From NCBI GenBank assembly GCA_973895155.1, contig OZ316895.1, positions 2,591,659 through 2,655,658 on the forward strand: a stretch of DNA of 64,000 nucleotides, given 5' to 3'. The notes beneath the pieces are model-generated. The model saw only the letters and a program-made list of their open reading frames with translations, did not search any database and was not told the DNA's origin. Positions 59,901-64,000 of the stretch are shown here, piece after piece. The first letter of the stretch is position 1. Every line of letters begins with the position of its first letter. The position numbers and the translations under genes are program-made. The DNA comes from Marsupella aquatica. Lineage: Eukaryota > Plantae > Marchantiophyta.

Positions 59901-61729
59901 ATTGTAATCACCTACTCTTGGACTGTAGTGTCCTGTAGAGTCTGTTATTCACAAGCTCTACTAGAGTTTTTGGGTTGTTGCATACCTCCTGGGAGAGAGG
60001 TAGGCAGGAGCTTGGTATTTCACTTTAATAAAGTTATTCCCTTCAAGACTTTAAGAAATAAATCCAGGGAATGCAAAACTTGGAGGTAAGTGACTGAACC
60101 TTGAAGTAAAAACCATTTTGTTCCTACTTAGTCATTGGGTCTCCTTGGAATGACAGACCATCCAAGGTACATACATGTGAGAGGTTCAATGCCCCTCCTT
60201 GACACATATAACTATGGATAGTGAGCCTTCCCTATGGAACAGAAGTGATTTGGGGAATAGGGGGCAATAGGTCAACTTTACAAACAGTTTAGCAACTTAT
60301 ATGGTTAAGAGTGGTCAAATCCTTGCTATTGTTGGAACATGCCCCCTAGCTACCCTGCTTGTGAAAGGTTGAAAGTTTGTCCTTCACAAGGAGAAGTCCT
60401 GAGAGAAGTGTGGGCAATCAGATGGCCCGTGTTCAACAGAACTTTCTTAAGGAGCAATTACTCTGCTTGTAAAGCAAGGATGGGAAACTCAGGGAACTTT
60501 GGTGTGCCCATATCGCCCTCCCTTGATCAAGATCGACAACCCCTCCTGGTTATAAGCATCCCCCTTCTCTTTGGCAAAACAAAGCAAAATCAAGCAAGCA
60601 AAGGGTACAAAATATTCTGTAAAGCAAATTATGAGACTGGAGGCAAGGTTTAGGTTTCTTTCTAAAGTTGGTTAAATTTGGACTGGAATTAATTTGTGAA
60701 CTCAACAAACCTGGACATAGTATGTATAGGTATCTTGAACTAAAGTTGACAAGGGATTCCATGTGACTAGCATTACTAGTAGTGTTTTTTTTAATGAGCA
60801 CAAGTCATCCTGGTAAACCTAGTTTGCACATAGGTTGAATATTAAATATACATATCCATCACAATCAATTTTCACCTACAACAAATTTTATGAAAATATA
60901 AGCCCAGATGAGTTTTCCTGATAGCCTCACTGGGAACAATTCCTCAGATAACTTCCCTTTAACCTCTAAGTTGTAAAAGACATGTAGGCCGATAGGAGGG
61001 GGAGGGAAAAGGATTAGTGGAATAACCTTTGATGCTAGTAAGAATTACTTGGAGTAAAATTCCAACCAAAACAAAAAAAAACCTTCCAATGAAGGACGGA
61101 TGCAAGGTCTCCAAAGGACCTGACTCTCAGTCAAGGATCAGCCATGTACTCCACAGGGTAGCTAACTTGCATCCACATCATGACATTACAAACTATAATA
61201 AAGGGTTGCACATTTTTTTAAAGTGGTCTTCATTCAAATTTGAAGAGGCTTTTTGAGTGAAAGAAAAGTAAACTGGAAAAAGAGAAAGACATAAGAAGAA
61301 AATAATTATGTTTGGTGTGAGCACATTTTCCAAGTAAGAAAAATACAAAGTATTCTAGGCTCCATGCTACACCATACTCCTCCCTCTACCATCCATGCTA
61401 ATGATGGATACAAAGTGCTACTCCCTTTACCATTCATGCCATACTATGTTCCATGCCATATCCTCCATGCATAGGAAGTGCTACATCATGAGAGGAGTTT
61501 AATTACAAATATTATGTAATCAATAAAATAGTGCAAAATCTAATAAAAAGACAAGACAAGAAAAATAGTGAAAAAGAAGGAAAAGGAAAATGGGGGAGGG
61601 GGGGGGGGGCACAGGCACCATATTTGGTGGTGGTTGTTGCCTCTCTTTGTGTCATGATGCCTTTCACTCGACAATTTTTTTTACACAATGAGATCTTTCT
61701 AACAAAGATATCTTTCGCACCATGATATT

Positions 61730-62150
61730 TTTTCAACTACATCATTAGCACAACGTCATCTTTTACGCATTGACGTCTTTCGCCAAGCGGTATCTTTTAG
61801 TAAACTACATCTTTTGTGCAACGACATCTTTCGAGCAACCATATATTTAACTTAACGATATCTTTTATTTAACAACATTGTAATTTATGCAATGACGTAT
61901 TAACGCTACAACATCTTTTGTGCAACGGAGACTTGACAACATATATGACTAACAACATCACTTTACTTATGGACCATTTTGTACTTAACAACAGTCAACT
62001 TTATATTTAACAACATCTTTTCTCCTAACAACATCTTGGGTGACATGACATCTTTTCTTTTAATAACATCTTGGGCATCATGATATCTTTTCTCTTAACT
62101 ACATCTTGGCCGTCACGACATCTTTTTTTTGCATGACATCTTTTGTGCAA
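61730..62150. repeat. Degenerate ~20-bp minisatellite
   Basis: Recurring (a/g)acatctt(t/g) units such as acaacatcttttgtgcaacg. Confidence 0.7.
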
Positions 62151-62478
62151 CACACAGGTATTGAGCTCGTCCTCAATAATGAGAAAATGTCATTAGCATA
62201 AACACTTTGGCTTTCCTCTCTGTTTTTTTTAAGGCTTCCCTCTGTCCTGGTGTTACCCAACATCATCCTTAAATAAATCTGTTGTAGATTTCTACTAGAT
62301 CAGAGAGTTAATGGCTTGTCTGAAAGGATAAAATTTATCACAAAAGAAGGCATCCGTGCCAATTGTGTGTGTTCCCTGAACAGAAGGCCAAGCTTAATTA
62401 GTAAGCTTGTGGCTCCTTAGATTTAAGCATAATGCACTGGGGTTTAGATTTTTGTTTCAATGACCAAGTTTGGCACTA

Positions 62479-63164
62479 CCGTCTTCCCCCAAACACAACG
62501 CCCAGGCACTATATTCGAATAGTGGGCCATGGGGCGTTATATTTGAATAGTGCGCCCAGGGCGTTGTGTTTGAGTTTCAACACTATGTTTTGGATTTTTT
62601 TTACCTTGTGGCATTGTGTTTGAATTGTGGCGTTGTGTTTGAATAGTGGCGTTGTGTTCAAATTTAGGCATTGTGATGAATTTAGGATGTAAGCAGGAAT
62701 GATAGGTATAGAATTTAGGGTGTAAGCAGGAATGAAAGGCTAATGCTTCCAGACCATTTCAGCCCTGGCCAAATCTCTGATTTCTAGTGCGTTTGCACAT
62801 GGATGTAACTATTTGCAAAGTTGTCAAGTGCCATTTCAATTGAGGATGTGTGGGCAATATTGCTCCAGAAATTGCTCCTAGCATTGTTGTCAAGATGTGA
62901 AGGTTATCAATAGTTTTTTGTTTACTTTGCTTATGCTTTGATTGTAATTCATGAACTTGCACTTTTTGTGTTCAATGCTGTCAAGATTAGGAAAAACTCA
63001 AACACAACCCTGAACACTCAAACACAATGCCATATTCGAACACAATGCCCGGGCGTTGTGTTAAAATGACGTTGTGTTCGAGTTAAAATTACTTTTTCTT
63101 ACCAATACTAAAAAAATTCAACTTTTGAACACAACGCCCTGGCGCTGTGTTCGGGGGAAGAGGG
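62479..63164. mobile_element. Non-autonomous Tc1/mariner(pogo)-like MITE
   Basis: TA|CCGTCTTCCCCCAAACACAACGCC ... GGCGCTGTGTTCGGGGGAAGAGGG|TA: ~25-bp TIRs and TA TSD. Internal aacacaa(c/t)gcc / ggcgttgtgtt repeats occur in both orientations. Confidence 0.8.
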
Positions 63165-64000
63165 TAGTCCTACAGGAATGCCTAATGGATATTCCCTCTT
63201 TAAATGTTGTTATTAAAAAACAATGCCCTTATTCAAATACAAGTCCTGGGCTCTCTAATACAAAAGGACCGTACCTGCGAGGAACTACCAGCCTTTTGTT
63301 GCGATTCCTTGTGTTCTTGGGATGAAGACCACATAACAGTATGATAAGTCAGCTTTCAAGTAATAATATTGTCCCTTGGACCTTTTGGCCAGAAATCTTC
63401 AGTTTCCTACCTTCAGCCATTTAGGAGGTCTCGTCCTGCTCAATGATGAAACTCGACCTTCTGGTTTTGTTCCCCTTCTCTGCTTTGGTAGGTTTTTCCT
63501 TTCCTGCACTCTTGGCCATAAGTGTTTTTTGGCCCAAAAATGTTGACATTTACTTTGTCCTCTCGAAAGATCCTCACAATTCAGAAAGACCATATATCTG
63601 AAGCAGAACGTGGGAGTAAATTATCAAGGTGTATGTAGATGAATCCGCGCTTTTATTCACTGTTGGTGCGATCTAAAAGAGTAGAGATTTCTGCAAGGTC
63701 TGGTCCTGACGAAAGCAGACACGGCCCCAAAAAAATTCCCAATCGAGGTTTTCAAGAGTACTGGCCTTCCACACTGGCCTTCCACACTAAGAACTTCCAG
63801 TCTGCATCATTTAGAAGATCTTCGGCTTAATGTACACCGAACGAGCTGGAAGCCGAAGCTAAGCAACTAGGGGCATTTCGTATTGTGCAACGAAATCACG
63901 ACTGTAGAATGAATATAGTTACCCAAGCGTATTCAAAATTGCCAGCACAGGACCCACTGCACTCTTCGTTAAATTCGCCTAAAAAAGTTAGCCTCCTTAC

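Noticed and set aside
58950-60650. Possible L1-type retrotransposon remnant (QGDPM-like peptide on the minus strand near 60140)
   Set aside because: Isolated motif with no neighbouring RT motifs such as YADD; insufficient support.

Overview
Eukaryotic, intron-containing land-plant DNA; the gene content suggests a bryophyte, possibly a liverwort (inference). Host genes: a large Q-rich RING-HC (RMA/RNF5-type) E3 ligase, a TMEM245/AI-2E-family membrane protein, an F-box/kelch protein, and two poorly resolved multi-exon orphan loci. The main feature is a complete 12.7-kb DNA transposon (29289-41988) with TIRs starting AACACAGTGACG and a 4-bp CTAT target-site duplication. It encodes a Sola-like DDD/E transposase on the minus strand. 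On the plus strand it carries an F-box-like gene and a spliced ~1270-aa fusion of a ParB-like domain, a bacterial-type beta-class N6A/N4C DNA methyltransferase and a Ulp1/C48 SUMO protease. About 20 copies of a ~40-bp palindrome (core GGGATAC-nnn-GTATCCC) lie in its subterminal regions, in introns and in the transposase reading frame. This copy is decayed, mostly by nonsense changes compatible with C-to-T transitions. Also present are a 5'-truncated RLE-type (CRE-like) non-LTR retrotransposon, a tRNA-derived SINE-like element, MITEs and several tandem repeats. All domain calls come from motif recognition by eye; no database searches were run.
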